A stretch of DNA of 64,000 nt. It comes from Camelus ferus (Eukaryota). The notes beneath the pieces were generated by a model. The model searched no databases and was not told the origin of the DNA. It saw nothing but the letters and a program-made list of their open reading frames with translations. Shown piece by piece: positions 13,246-26,215 of this stretch; within the stretch, counting starts at the first letter, position 1; each line of letters opens with the position of its first letter. A program made the position numbers and the translations under genes. The DNA is taken from the NCBI RefSeq assembly GCF_009834535.1, contig NC_045697.1, positions 76,696,001-76,760,000 of the forward strand, read 5' to 3'.

Positions 13246-14844
13246 CTTCCACTTCCACAGAAGGGTGCTTAGTAGCCCTCGATAGATTGTGAGACCAGAA
13301 GAAGCTAGACTGGAGTTTAATGCCATGTTACTGCTTATGTGAGTCTTTTTTCCTAACATGGTCTGAGGAACTGGGGGACCATTACAAAAATAAGAAATAT
13401 TCAGATCAGTAATCAAGTTGACCAAAATTTAAAGGAAAATAGGGTAAAAAATGTTACCACCAAGTTATTGGCCAAAACCAATCACCAATTTTATCAATCT
13501 GAATGGATAAAAAATATTTTAATAAAAAACAAATACCATATTTGCTTAAAACCCTTTACTTTTCTTTCTTTTTTTATAATTGAGGAATCTTTTTATTTCT
13601 GGCTGTTATTTGTCATGTTTCTGATAGCTTAGAAATCATATCCTACCTTAACCGTTATTTGAAAATTATCTTCAAAGCATCTAAAGTACTTCTTTGGAAA
13701 AGTGAAATTGTAACGTGCAAAAAAAAATTTTCTCAAGACAGTTTAAGGACATCGAGGTGCTTTAAAAATTACTAATGTCATTGTAAGCTCTCTTTCTAGA
13801 AAAATAAATTCTAGAGAACCAAGGCACATTCCAAAGCTCTAAGTATAGAATGATTACTCTATTTTCAACTTTTTTTTTTTACTACCTAGGTGTCCTGCTG
13901 TTTCACTGAATTGGACTCATGTTTTTTACACCTTATTTTCCTAAAGATGCTACAACAAATATTACAAATGTTAGATAATGGCTAGGATTAACAGAAATTC
14001 CATACACAAAGTTTTAGGTTAAATAGGAAAAACAAATCTTGAACTTCATTTTGCTGATACCTTCATAAAAGTATGAAATCATTTAGCTTCCCTTGGTTTT
14101 ACAGAAAACACTTTAAAATGCCATAAAGATGTATAACAAGACATAAAACTGCAAGTATTAACTGTCTATTTCCTTGAAATATAATTTAAACTTGGTGACT
14201 AGGACAAGAAAATGTCACATTCCTTTCTCTTGCTAAGGAAATTGCATATTTCCTTTGCAAAAATAAAGAATATGCAGTCTTCATAAGTATATATGTGACA
14301 GTTTTAAAGTTGTTTTGTTTCAGGTTAAAGGTTTCTATAAATTTTCATGATTGTCTCAGTGTTGAAAAAAGAAAAGGAACAAAGAAGAAAAAGCAAAATG
14401 TTAACCTTAGGCGTACAAGGTTTGTTTTTCATCAAATGTTAAAAACAACATTTATGTTATATCCATGTTTTGTCCTTTCTAAATATCATCTTGGATTATA
14501 TGATGTTCAAATCCATCATAGAATGAATACACTTTCAAATGTTTGCTTATGTTTCCCTCCATGATCTCCAATGTTCTAAACAGAAAGTTAATCTTCTGTC
14601 TTTACCAAGATTTGTGAGGCAAATGGGTATGCGTTTCACTAAGTGGAAAATAGGGCTGTGACATGGGCATTTAACTACTGAGGAGTGCCCAGTGTTTGAC
14701 TTGTGGACTACAAGCTACCTCAAGATTTGGTTGAGAATACTAATTTCACTTGGGAATGGAGGAATTCTGGAAATAGAGCATCTCTCAAAACAGAGATCAA
14801 TCAAATTTCCAGAATTTCAGTAAAATGAGATGAAGGAAAATTTA

Positions 14845-15030
14845 ATAGTAATATTAAACATGTAATAAGGGTTTTATGCCTAGTTCCTCATTTAATCCTC
14901 ACATTAACCTTATTAGGTAGGGATTGCTATTGTCTCCCTTTTACAGATGAGGAAATAGAGGCTGGAGAATTCAAGGACTTCACCAAAATTCACATAGACT
15001 CTAAGTGGCAGACTCAGTAGGTTTTGAATG
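14845..15030 (-). mobile_element. MIR fragment
   Basis: ctcatttaatcctcac...ttttacagatgaggaaatagaggct...taagtggcagac. Confidence 0.8.
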
Positions 15031-16005
15031 GTTATTGTTTACATCTCATTGCAGAAGAAAAGATGGACAGGATGGAACAGTTCACCAGGAGGTTTATTCT
15101 ATCCGGAAGGGTTGGACTCCTCATGAGTTTAGAATTCAATTCAGAGTGCATGAATTTAAAGTCCTCAGGGAAAACAAGCTGATGAATCACAGGAGTTCAA
15201 AGGGCCAGTCCAAAAGCTCTGAGGGAGACAGGAAAGTCCCCAGCTCAGCTCTCTGGCTCCTGGCAAACTGGCCCAGATAGTGGCTTTGGTAGCCACCACA
15301 ATGGCTTTCCTGGTCTCTGTAGAGGTTCCAGATTGAAAAGCCAATCAGCACTATCAGAGAGCACAGAATACCAGATCCACCTGTGGGATAAAGCTGGATG
15401 CTTTGTCCAACTGGTAAGTATGTTGCAAGAATAAATGTACATGGGCACCTAGATATGTCTATGTAGAGCTGTTGGCTTTTTTTTTTAACTTTATTTTTCC
15501 CTTCATTATAAACAGTACAATGAAAGTGTAATACCAGAGCTTAGCAAGTCCATTTAACTCCTAATTTTGCTTAACACGGAAAAAGCCTGCTTCTGAACTC
15601 ACAAGATTCTAATAGAGTCCTTCTGTAGGAATAACTTTCATTAATGAAAGAAATAATACATATTACTCAGCCATAGCAAGAACAAACTAGAACACATATT
15701 ATTTATTATAGTTGATAGTAAATACAGCATTTCCCATACTCCACATATATTTATGAGAAAGATAGTTATATCTCATACATAGCAAAATAAAATGGAGAAA
15801 TGTCTAAGAATTTCTTGCTATTTAATGCATTAGCTTAAAAGTTAAACTAATTTGATCATTTGCACCATAATTTTCCTATATTTCAAAAGTATATGTAATA
15901 TTTTTATAAGCAGATAAACTTATTGCCAACATCACTGACTAAAATAATTTTTTGATTTTTAATCCCCTCCAAATTATCAAAAATAGCATTTTTGATAGAA
16001 CTCAC

Positions 16006-16050
16006 CTTTTGCCCATTCATCCCTGGAATTCCAGGTGCTCCAATAGAACC
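16006..16050 (-). CDS. COL25A1: COL25A1 45-bp collagenous exon: GSIGAPGIPGMNGQK
   Basis: ...atgtctccttag|GGT TCT ATT GGA GCA CCT GGA ATT CCA GGG ATG AAT GGG CAA AAG|gtgagt. Confidence 0.97.
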
Positions 16051-18108
16051 CTAAGGAGACATGATTATATTAAATTGATATCATAATCACAAAATATTTC
16101 AATTCTAAATTTATATTGCGTTAGTTATATCAGCCATAAATTTACTTCATTAAATTGCTAAAACATGTCTGGGAGGCTATGTTTTTCAGACCTTATCTGC
16201 TGTGTTCAAGTACACAATAATGTAAGCAAACAGATTTATCAAGCTTTTCCAGAAACCATGAAGTTAAATTTAAACATATTTCTAAATATCTACTTAATCC
16301 TACTATGATTTTAAAGAAACATATCATAAATTGAGATCTGTATCTATCAAAAGGTCACATGACACTAAATTTGGGTGCTTTTAAGAATTAAATAGGCTTA
16401 GTTTCATCTGGAAAAAGCCCAACAGTAGCAGTAACTCTTATGGTTTAAATACCATAAAATGAAAGGTAACTAAAATAACAACCGCTTGTTACATAATTAG
16501 TTAAATAAGGAACCCATGTTGTAAACTCAAATTTGTTGTATTTGAAGCATTTCTCCCAGACTCTCAGGGAGTATATTTAAACCACATGAGTGTGAATAGA
16601 TCTTCCAAAGTAGACTAAAAAGGATGCTACAAATTTTAAACACTGAGTAGGAACAACACAACTTCTACACATAAAACATTATGTTAAGAGTGTGTGTGTG
16701 TGTGTGCACGCACACACCTGCTTGGATGTGTGCACACATGCACTAGGGTGATTAGAACAGTTGGACATATGTGGTTGAACCGAGAATGAGAAAGCTAATT
16801 ATTACGTGAGAAAATCTGACATTCAACTGGATACAGAAACATTAATGAATGTTTTCAAATAGTGATGTCATTTCCCTCCATACAGTTCCATTTTAGGTTC
16901 TGGGGAAACCGTTTTTAAATAGAATGTGCTTCTTTTTGGTTTAGCCCTAGAAAACAGATATTTTCTTCATAGATGTATGATATGAAATTTCTTTAATAAC
17001 AATGGGAAAAAAGTTAAAATAGTAATTCTAAATTTAAAACTGTTCCCCAAAATAAAATCTGTTAAAATGTAGTCATTATATGCAAAGCAAAATCAGATGG
17101 CAAGTTCCTTAGTGCTTTCTCGGTGATTATATTGAGTGGGTCATTAAAGGACTTCCCGAAGCCTGAGGCAGTAATTTTATCCTGGTGGCATGTGGATTAG
17201 GGTAGCTTTACAATTTCACACCATGCTTAATAGAGACATTATTGCGAAGGACAACGTGTTCCTATACACAAGTTGTCTCACAATGCATTGGCTCTTACTT
17301 GGTTTGTAGGATTATGTTTCAACAGATGCCACATGCCCAAGCTTGGGGGATAAAAAGTCTCTATCTTTGATGGATTCCAAAGATAAAGAATAATCACTTT
17401 TCCACCTGTTGTAATACAATTGTTTTCTTTAGTTTTCCGCAAGTTAAATATCCTTTTTTGTCCCCCTTGTCGGGTGGGAGGTGTGATGGGGAATGGGGAC
17501 TTAGTGATATTTTGCTGGCAAAGGGCCATCTTCCTGCTATTGATAGATTCACTACTATAGGACTGATGGAATTTTAGACGTGCTAGACCCTGTCCATCAG
17601 AATGCAATGGTCAATTCTGATGGCAGTGGATAATGTTGAAATGATAATCAGGAAGCCACTTTTCAGGTTACCTCAGTGAAGGAAGACACTAGCGGGCCAC
17701 TTGAATACAGCCACCAAGCACAAGTATATCCTTTGTTCTGTTATGTTTAATCCTCATTTGACAATCACATATTGTGCAAGACCATGCATTTAATTTGCGA
17801 TGTTGCATGACCCTTCACATTCTAAGTTTTGTCATGATGCTTTACCAGTCTTTGAATTAAAAACTCCATAACTTACAAGTTGAGCAGACAGCTTATTTTA
17901 AAGAGTGTGCTCTGGATTTATTGGACTTTCTATACTGGAATTGATTAGAAATCTAATGATTCACATTATATGATTGTATTTTTAGAAAGCAGAATGCACA
18001 AGCCAGACTGCTTCCCCGTGGCTTACAGTAGCTAATTCCATTCCCCTCTCAGGTTAGCCATTAGGAGATGGGAGTATAATTACTTTCACAGTATTGTTTA
18101 TACTCTAC

Positions 18109-18135
18109 CTTTTGTCCTGGAGGCCCCAGAGGACC
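18109..18135 (-). CDS. COL25A1: COL25A1 27-bp collagenous exon: GPLGPPGQK
   Basis: ...ttttctttttttag|GGT CCT CTG GGG CCT CCA GGA CAA AAG|gtagag. Confidence 0.96.
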
Positions 18136-18323
18136 CTAAAAAAAGAAAACCAATTCAATTACCATAATACCATAACCATTTAAACTCAAATGATCAATTA
18201 AAACTGTCCTATTCTGTAAGGTTCTCTTTACCACGCTGAAATATTGCTTATGTTTTGTGCATCAAGGAAAATGAAGATTTTCGGTTGGAAATACACAGTG
18301 GATCTTTTCTCTTATTCTCTTTT

Positions 18324-18406
18324 TTTGTTTTCATATTCTTTTTCATTATAGATTACTACAAGATATTGACTATAGTTCCCTGTGCTGTACAGTATAAACC
18401 TGTTGT
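18324..18406 (-). mobile_element. Very short L1 3'-end insertion with TSD
   Basis: catattcttttt cattatag..tacaagatattgactatagttccctgtgctgtacagta is the reverse complement of the motif at 12660-12730. Flanked by a 13-bp TSD: cttattctctttt (18311-18323) and ctcattctctttt (18407-18419). Confidence 0.85.
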
Positions 18407-19589
18407 CTCATTCTCTTTTGAAGAAAATTAAGCATATGCAGTAGGATTCTGATTTATCCTTTAAAAAGAGAAAGAATCTTTGCTGCTTCAGCGCATCTGT
18501 TTCTTCAAATACCTGCAAATCTATCACATCAATCTCATTTAGAAGGCTGGAGATGTTGCTGCCAGAAGCACTTAAAATGCAATGCAGTTCCCAGCAAATG
18601 GACGTGTTCTAGGACATCTGCATCTGCAAAACTTCAGTATGCAGATTTGCAAAGGAAATGATTGAATGGCATTACAAAGAAACATGTTTTGTTCTATTCT
18701 TCCTCTTAGGAAACGTGGCCAATTGACTTGCACAAAAACTTGTTTACAAATTAGGGGGTGCCAAGGTCATTTGTGACACCTAGTGTGCACCAGAAAAGGG
18801 AACAAAAGATGCTGTCAGCTGTTGCATAAACTATGACACTGGGGCCAGAGAGGGAGGGGAAGAAGAAATATAATATTTAGGAAGATGAATGGGAATATTT
18901 ACTTTTAAAATGAAAATGTGGCAGTTCTGAGATTTAGCAGTTTTTGACCACAAAGTCAGTGTTGGGATTCTGTTGGCTTTATTTAGAGCAAGGCACACTT
19001 TGGAAGAGTGGAAAAGAACACAAAAAGAGCTATAGTTCTGACTATTGATGTCTATTTTAAAATAAAAACATTAAGCACTTTTCTTCCAATTCTTTAAAAA
19101 CTACTTTTAATTTTAGTATATTTAAACAAAGTTATAGATTCCCCATCATCCCATGTAAAAAACTCTTTATTCCATTACACTTAACTAATGGCTAACTTAT
19201 TTTCCATGTGTGACATTTCAGTATAATCAGCACCTTACATTTAGACTCTGCCATAAAATAAAGTACTAGGGTGATAATTAGAGGAAGAATTGGTCATGCA
19301 ACATTTTTTAAAAATTAGAAATACACAACATTTAGGAACATTCTGAGAATCTGTTCCTCATAAATTATTTCATAATCTTCACAGGAAGACTAATAATTTC
19401 CTCATATGGTCAGATTTAGGTTATTGAAAGTACACTGCACAATATCACCCTTATATATACTCCTTTTGTATTTCCTCAACCAACCACCTTCTTAATGAGC
19501 TTGTGATCCAATATATGAGTAGTCTGACTTTCTCTTCACTTATCTCACTCCTTCCATTTAAAATTCTCCCTGTTTAAGATTTTGCAGAG

Positions 19590-19850
19590 AAAACAGAGGC
19601 TTTCAGGTATAAATTCCCCCGACATCATGTCTCTCATTGATTCAAACCCATGTGGACCTCCTCACTACATCAGAGGAAGAAGATGCTCTCTTTCCAGACA
19701 GGGCAAATGCATCCAGTCCACTCTGGAATTCATCTTTGCCTCCGCCCTCAGGGATCTATCTCAACCAATTATCCCTGCATCTGCATCAGAACCTTCTGCT
19801 CTCAGCTAATTCCTTCCCCTTAGCATATAAACATGTTTAATCATTTCCTT
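19590..19850 (+). mobile_element. L2 internal fragment
   Basis: Pyrimidine-rich L2-like text: ctcagggatct...ccctgcatc...tccttccccttagcatataaacatg. Confidence 0.5.
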
Positions 19851-20691
19851 ACTTGGGTAAATTGTTTGGGAAGTGAATGTTAATGCTAAGCAAAGGCAGA
19901 ATTTGGAAATTGTAGTGATAGGAGATCTGAGAGTGAAGAAAAGACTTGGGTTTTATTATTGTCTATGATTCCATTTTTCCAAGCGTCTCCAGAGTATTTC
20001 ACTTCTGAAAATGTTGATGTTAGAAAGGAAACCATATAACCAAAAGTACATTAATTCAGTGTTTAGACTGAGAATGTATATGTTCAATTCAAAAAGGTTT
20101 GCTTCCCATTATAAACCTAACTGTCACTTGAAAAAATATTGTTCACTAAAACTGGACATTTCATTATATTGATGTATAACCCTGGAAAGAAATATTTCAG
20201 ATGAAAATAAGAGCAAATTTTAAATCAAATGTTTTAACTAGAGACAAACATCTGGTATTTTTTAATTAGGTCTTTGTTGCATGATCACAGTAAGTCAGAG
20301 ATTTAGAAAGACTACTTACAACTCTGAAATCTGTGAAATTACATTAGTTGCATATTTTAACACTATATTTAATAAAAGTCAAGGGATGGCTATTAAAAAA
20401 TTAATATACTATATTTATCACTGTTAGAAAACTATTGCCATTCTTTGCTAAACTCCAAAAATAAAAGCAGATTTTAAGATATAACTTTAATTTTGCATTG
20501 TGAATACACATATTGTTCATAACTATGTTGCCAAGGATATAGCCTCCGCTACCAAAAATGTGCATATGCTCCTTTGATCCCACTGGCAGGAAAGATGGTA
20601 GCAAGCCAAAGACAGTGTCAGCCATTACTAGGAAGGAACTGGGAAAAAAGTGATGTTGAACATAAGGCACAGACATACATTCGAGTTAAAG

Positions 20692-20741
20692 CACAGACAC
20701 ACACACACACACACACACACTCACTCACTCACTCTCTCTCT
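20692..20741. repeat. (CA)n(CACT)n(CT)n compound microsatellite
   Basis: Read directly from the sequence. Confidence 0.9.
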
Positions 20742-21016
20742 CCCCAAAGGGCTATTTTACTAATCAATATTTTGCTTAAATGTATTTTTTTTGAGTATCC
20801 ACTGATTAATAATCCCATTATATATCTGTGACATTGCAGTCATTAGATTTAAGCTTACAAATGAAAGCTTCACAGATCAAAAATTGATTTTAAGGTTAGA
20901 ATTGTCACTACCAGTTGGTTAAGATACCTACATTTGATTAGTTTTCAGTTTCTAGTACAAATACAAATTTATAAAATAATGGGCAAATGCCACAGAACCA
21001 TTCACTGACTTATCTA

Positions 21017-21077
21017 ATCTTAATCGTGTATTCTCATCTTAATCTTATATTCTATCTTATCTTAATCTTATATTCTC
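21017..21077. repeat. Degenerate tandem repeat of atcttaatcttatattct (3 copies)
   Basis: Copies start at 21017, 21036 and 21059. Confidence 0.7.
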
Positions 21078-22329
21078 AGCCTGAATAGTGACTTGAATGA
21101 AGAATGTCATAAACTCATTATTCACCAGTCAAGCTAGTGTTTCTTATTATTCTTAAAATTAAAACCAATTGTTCTTGTGTTCTAATATTCTAAAATAATT
21201 CTGTTATTGTTATCCCCATGCCTTAAAAAGTTTGAATCAAATAGTTTTTCCAACCAAAGAGTCAATCTTTTTAGTCCATTTTTATCAATCAATGAATTGT
21301 TCTTTCTTAGGTATTCTCTTGACGGGCACTTTTATATCTGCATATTCTTTGTATACAACCAATTAAGATGAGAATAATCTGGTCTCCTTTATTTTATGTA
21401 ATCATTTCTTTGTATATGTCTTAGGACTGAGAACTGTGTAACATATAAAATCTCACCATATTAAACTAAATTTCTTTCAGTTTAACTCCATAAGTGTTAA
21501 ACTACCATTTAAACCATGAAATATACTCATTTCAGTATAGGTCCTGGGAAATGTAGAATGTATTAACTTTTTCATTAAAGGTTTTTTGCATAATGGCAAT
21601 AACTTTCTTCAAAAGATAAAATCCAGATGAGCCACTGAAAAATTCTAAGTGTGTAGTAACATCCCTTATCTGCAGATAAAATTTTACACCTAAGATTTCA
21701 TGATCTCTCAGAAAAGACCATGGAGAGCTATAGAAAGTTAAAAGTTGGAAACAAGTAAGAAATCATACAGTGCACTGATTTCCTTTCCTGTCTTCCCCTG
21801 CCCCTGCTGGATTTCATTTCTAAACATCATGTAAAATATTGTGTAGAATATGACAAGCAAGTAAGTTAAAGAAATATGAGAGTTCCTATTTGGTGATCGC
21901 CTTTATGAAAGGCGTGTTACTCGGGCCTGAGAGCGATCCTTCCTTCACGCCTCCTACTCCGGGTCCACCAGATCCTGTACTTACTCAGCATATGTCTCTG
22001 GTCCAGCCCTCTTGTTCAGCTGCATTGCTGTGCTCTTGTTCAAACTCTCTTTCTCACGGAAGCTAATGTGACACCCAGCTAAAAAGCCACTGTGTTTTGA
22101 GTCCTCTTAAGTCCTTTCTGCACAGTGCTGCCTGAGAGAGCTTTCTAAAAGACTAATCTCTAAAAGACATACCCTTCCTGGGCTGGAAAATCCTTCCACA
22201 GCTTTCCATGGCTTCTGAGAAAAGCCCGAGCTCTTGCAGTAGTTATGGTTCGCCGCATAAGACACCTCTGCCCCTCTGCCCCTCTGACAGTCTGTCCCTT
22301 TAGTAGGCTTTTCCTGTCTAGTCCTCCCT

Positions 22330-22545
22330 CCTCCACCCACTCCATAACTCAGAGCTCAGTGCCCCTGCCCCTGGGGTTAGGTCCCCCTCTTTTGTTCTCC
22401 AAAGCACCCCTATGACAGCACTTCTTTCCCAGAATTTACCAACAGTTTTGTGATTGTCGGGTTACTTCTTTCTGTACCCTAAACATCTTTTCTCATGTAC
22501 TGGAGCTGGCATAGAGTAATTGCTCAGTGAATCCTTTTGGGGTCG
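22330..22545 (+). mobile_element. L2 3' fragment
   Basis: gggttaggtccccctcttt...ctggcatagagtaattgctcagtgaat. Confidence 0.5.
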
Positions 22546-22551
22546 TTTATG

Positions 22552-23060
22552 AATTCACCCACTTAGTTTATTGAATGCCCATTGAATTTCAGGCAATGTT
22601 TTAGGCACTGGGGATACAGTAGTGAACAAAATAAATAAAAAGCATGCCCTCCTGGACATCCTATTCTAGTGAATGGGGAAAGACAGTGAAAAAATAAAAT
22701 AAACAAGTAAAATATAAAGTTGTGTCAGGTGGCACATGGGGGTAGGGACTGGGAGTAGATGTGGCGATATTTTAAATTAGGGGCTCACTGAGGGCTTTAG
22801 GATAAAAGTGACTCCTGGATAGAGCTCTGAAAGAGGTCAGGCAGAGAGCCGGACATATAGAAGGGGGAAGAATGCTCCAGGCAAGGGAACAGCAAGTGCG
22901 AAGGCCAAGAGGCAGGCACATGCTGAGTGTGTTCAAAGAGCACAGAGGACGCAACAGGTAGATATTAGAAGATGGGCATGTGGAGAGGGAAGGGCGATAG
23001 TAGAATGGCCTCGTAGGTGCTTGTAGGCACAATGGTGCTGACTTTGAGTATGATAAAAAT
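22552..23060 (-). mobile_element. L2 3' portion
   Basis: tttattgaatgccca...ttaggcactggggatacagtagtgaacaaa...ccaggcaagggaacagcaagtgcgaaggcc. Confidence 0.85.
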
Positions 23061-24599
23061 TATAGGAATGAATAATGAACACATAGAGTAAATCAAGATT
23101 TTCCTCAAACCTTAGACAGTGGTGTCTCAAGATAGGAATGACAAGATTTTTCATGAGCATTCACTTGAGTCATCCTAGAGCTACTGTCCTATCCTAAAGG
23201 CCTCGAGATTATCTCTCAGTACAAGAGCCAGTGGAGGAATTCAGTTCAGGACTTCTGTATTAAAACAGCAAAACAGAAATCATCTTAGTTACATGGTCTC
23301 ATTAACACGGAGCGTGTTGTAGATGTGGATGTAGGTCTAAGGTTTCTAATGCAGTTCAGAAAGCCATTATGAAAAAAGTAGGTCGAATTATCAATCCATG
23401 TTAATCTTCAAAGCAGGCAGTTAGGAAATGGATGTTGCTATAACCATTATGCATTGGCTACACTTCCCAGTTTGTAAAAATAACATTTTTTAATTAAAAA
23501 AAAAGTCTTTTGCTTGATAGATCATGGAATGGGAAAAAATAATGAATTTTTCTGACACTACTGATGTTAGCACAAATTTGATTGAGGTATTAATTACTTA
23601 AACAGGATGCAGAGTTTCTAAATGATGTGCTTTAGGGTGCCTCTTGGGAGGTGTTTTAAGGCAAGTTCTGGTTTGCCTGCTATTAGGAAATGATGCTCGT
23701 GTGAGCAGGGGGCGGACATAGTTCCTGTTCTGTCCCTGATGGCTAACAGTAAAATTTGAAGCTGTGAAAGCTGCTGGTCACTTCTGCATACAAGAATATA
23801 CAACCAGCTTCTGTAATAAAAAACACAGGGAACGAAAAAGAGGTGGCCCATCTGTGAAGGTGAAAATAAAAGCCCCAATCTATTAAGCCATTTAAAATTA
23901 TTTCCTTTCTGAGTTAAGAATTTTTCCATGATTTAATAAAAGCTAGGCAAAATGAAGAAAATACTTTTAAAAGTCTGTTTCTATGGGGAAAAATGATAAC
24001 ACATGTAATCTAACTTATTGGAGTCATAAAATGTGAGTATCAGACTTTCTCAAGGGTTTGGTGCAACAGACTTTAATTACAACTTTTTGAAAGCTATTAA
24101 CCTTGTCACAAGATCAGAAAATACATAAACTTGGTTTATAAAGAGTAAGAGGAAATTTGAAATAAAGACTGGAAATTTGTCTTACTTAAGAAAGATTCAT
24201 TTAAGATGTACTTATATAAAATTCCATGTTCTCCTTGGATGTTTGATGAGGGAAGGTCAAGAAATATAAACTCTAGCCCCTATTATATGTATGTCTGGAG
24301 TATAATTCAACAATGTTTTACAAGATTCAGATTTCATAGCTTAAGTGTGTGGAAATGCTAAACTAGCAACTATTGGGAAATGTTTAGAATATAAGAGAGT
24401 GTGCTGACATGTTTTCAGTGTAAAAGCCCATGATTTAGTTGAACGGGGTATGAAGGAACACAGCATAAACAAGAAAAGAGTGGGATCGTGCTGAGATGGG
24501 AGAGCCTCATCTCTGGTTTCGAGTCTTCTATGAACTCTGTCTTCAGTCACCCTGAAGCATCTGTATTTTCCCAACCAGTCTCAAATTAATCTCCATGTA

Positions 24600-24865
24600 A
24601 AGGTCTTAATCATTCTTCGAGGCTCAGTGGCCATAACTCACTTCCTTTGTGAACCTTCTCCACTGCACCCAGACAGGGCTTGTTTTTGTCCTCCATGTTT
24701 CTCAAGCACATTTTTAACTGGCTGTATTTTAATATATTTGCATATTTATAAAATCTGCTTGACTAGGCAGCAGATTCTTCAAGCCATATATTTTACATCC
24801 TCAGCACCTAGGTCAGTGCCTAGCAAATAAATAATTATGACTACATTAAAACAATGAATTATTGA
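24600..24865 (+). mobile_element. L2 3' fragment
   Basis: cttcctttgtgaaccttctc ... atcctcagcacctagg.cagtgcctagca. Confidence 0.6.
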
Positions 24866-25840
24866 ATATGAAAATTACTCAATTCTTTCTGAATTTCCTC
24901 CATTGTTTTGCCACTCAAACTGTCATACTTCTCATCACTGGAAGGAGTTCCTACTTTTGAGATGGTTATTTCTGTTTAAGTATTTGGGATTTTTTTTGTT
25001 GTTCTTGTTGTTTCAATAAGATCACTCCATAATTTCTATTATTTGAAGAAGTTCCTCTAAAACAGGTCTCCTTTAGAGATTGTCAGTTAGATGACACATT
25101 ATTATGTTAATTCACGAATACTTGATGAAAGAAGTTTTAAATGCAGTAATTTTTTTTTAAAAGAATAAATTCTTTTTGACTTTTTTATCTCATGTGCTGA
25201 CTTTCGGGGAAAATATTAAACCCAGATGATTTATTTGTTGGTATTTCTCAAAATCATGCTCTGACCTCTTTAAGAGAGGTCTCTTAACATTCAGGAAATT
25301 AAAGAAGCTATTCATTTTTCTTACCACTTGACAAAACCAGGACCCCAGACTAAATTTTGGACATTAACTACCACCAGCAGATTAAAGACAGATCTAGGTA
25401 TTTGAGAATCTATGTTCCGATTAGGTCCCCAAACAGATACTCTGTCACCTCTCACCAGATATCCAGGGCTGAAATTAGCTCACTCCATCCCTTCTAAATA
25501 TTTAATAAATTGTTTCTCACTGCTGCATCCAAAATGGAAATGATCCGGAAAGTAAGAAAAATTAACAGGCTTTCTCTGCCCTCTGTGATTAAGCATGCTT
25601 CCCCTAGCGCGCCATAAAGGAAATAAATTTGTGGTTTGCAAAGGTCTATCACCCTACATGATGCTCAGTAAAACATATTTCTATTGAAGAAAGTGTAAGT
25701 GCTTTTCCTATTTTAAATCAGTAATGCTAAGAAACATTAGCTACTAAAATGTAAATATCCCACAACAGGTAGAAGGAAGACTGAAATTTAGGACCATAAC
25801 ATACACTTATTTACTATTTAGATCTGTTTTCTATCTAGAC

Positions 25841-26047
25841 CAGCACCAACAGAACTTTCTGGAATAATGGAAATGGTCTGTATTACTCAATCCAGTATGG
25901 TAGCCACTAACCACATGTGGTTTATTGAGCACTTGAAATGTGGCTAGTGCGATTGCTAGGAACTAGATTTTAGATTTTGTTTAATTTTATTTAATTTCAG
26001 TTTGAATGGCCATGTGGGGCTAATGGCTACTATACTGAAAAGTGTAG
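25841..26047 (+). mobile_element. MER3 hAT-Charlie MITE
   Basis: caacagaactttctggaataatggaaatg...tatggtagccactaaccacatgtgg..attgagcacttgaaatgtggctagtg, with a degenerate TSD (atctagac / atgtagag). Confidence 0.85.
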
Positions 26048-26074
26048 ATGTAGAGCTCTAGTCTGAAGAATGCA

Positions 26075-26215
26075 TAAGGCTACAGGCAGGTGAACTGGAC
26101 CCCATTCTGCCACTGACTACTTTGTGAGCTTGACCAAGTTATTTATTCACTTTGATGCTGTTTCTTTATCTGTGAAGTGACTAACTAGATGATTCCTAAG
26201 ATTTTTTCTAAATCT
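26075..26215 (+). mobile_element. MIR3/MIR fragment
   Basis: ttctgccactgactactttgtgagcttgaccaagttattta...tttctttatctgtgaa. Confidence 0.7.

Noticed and set aside
15030..15400. Possible LTR remnant
   Set aside because: The resemblance is too vague to support a family or boundaries.
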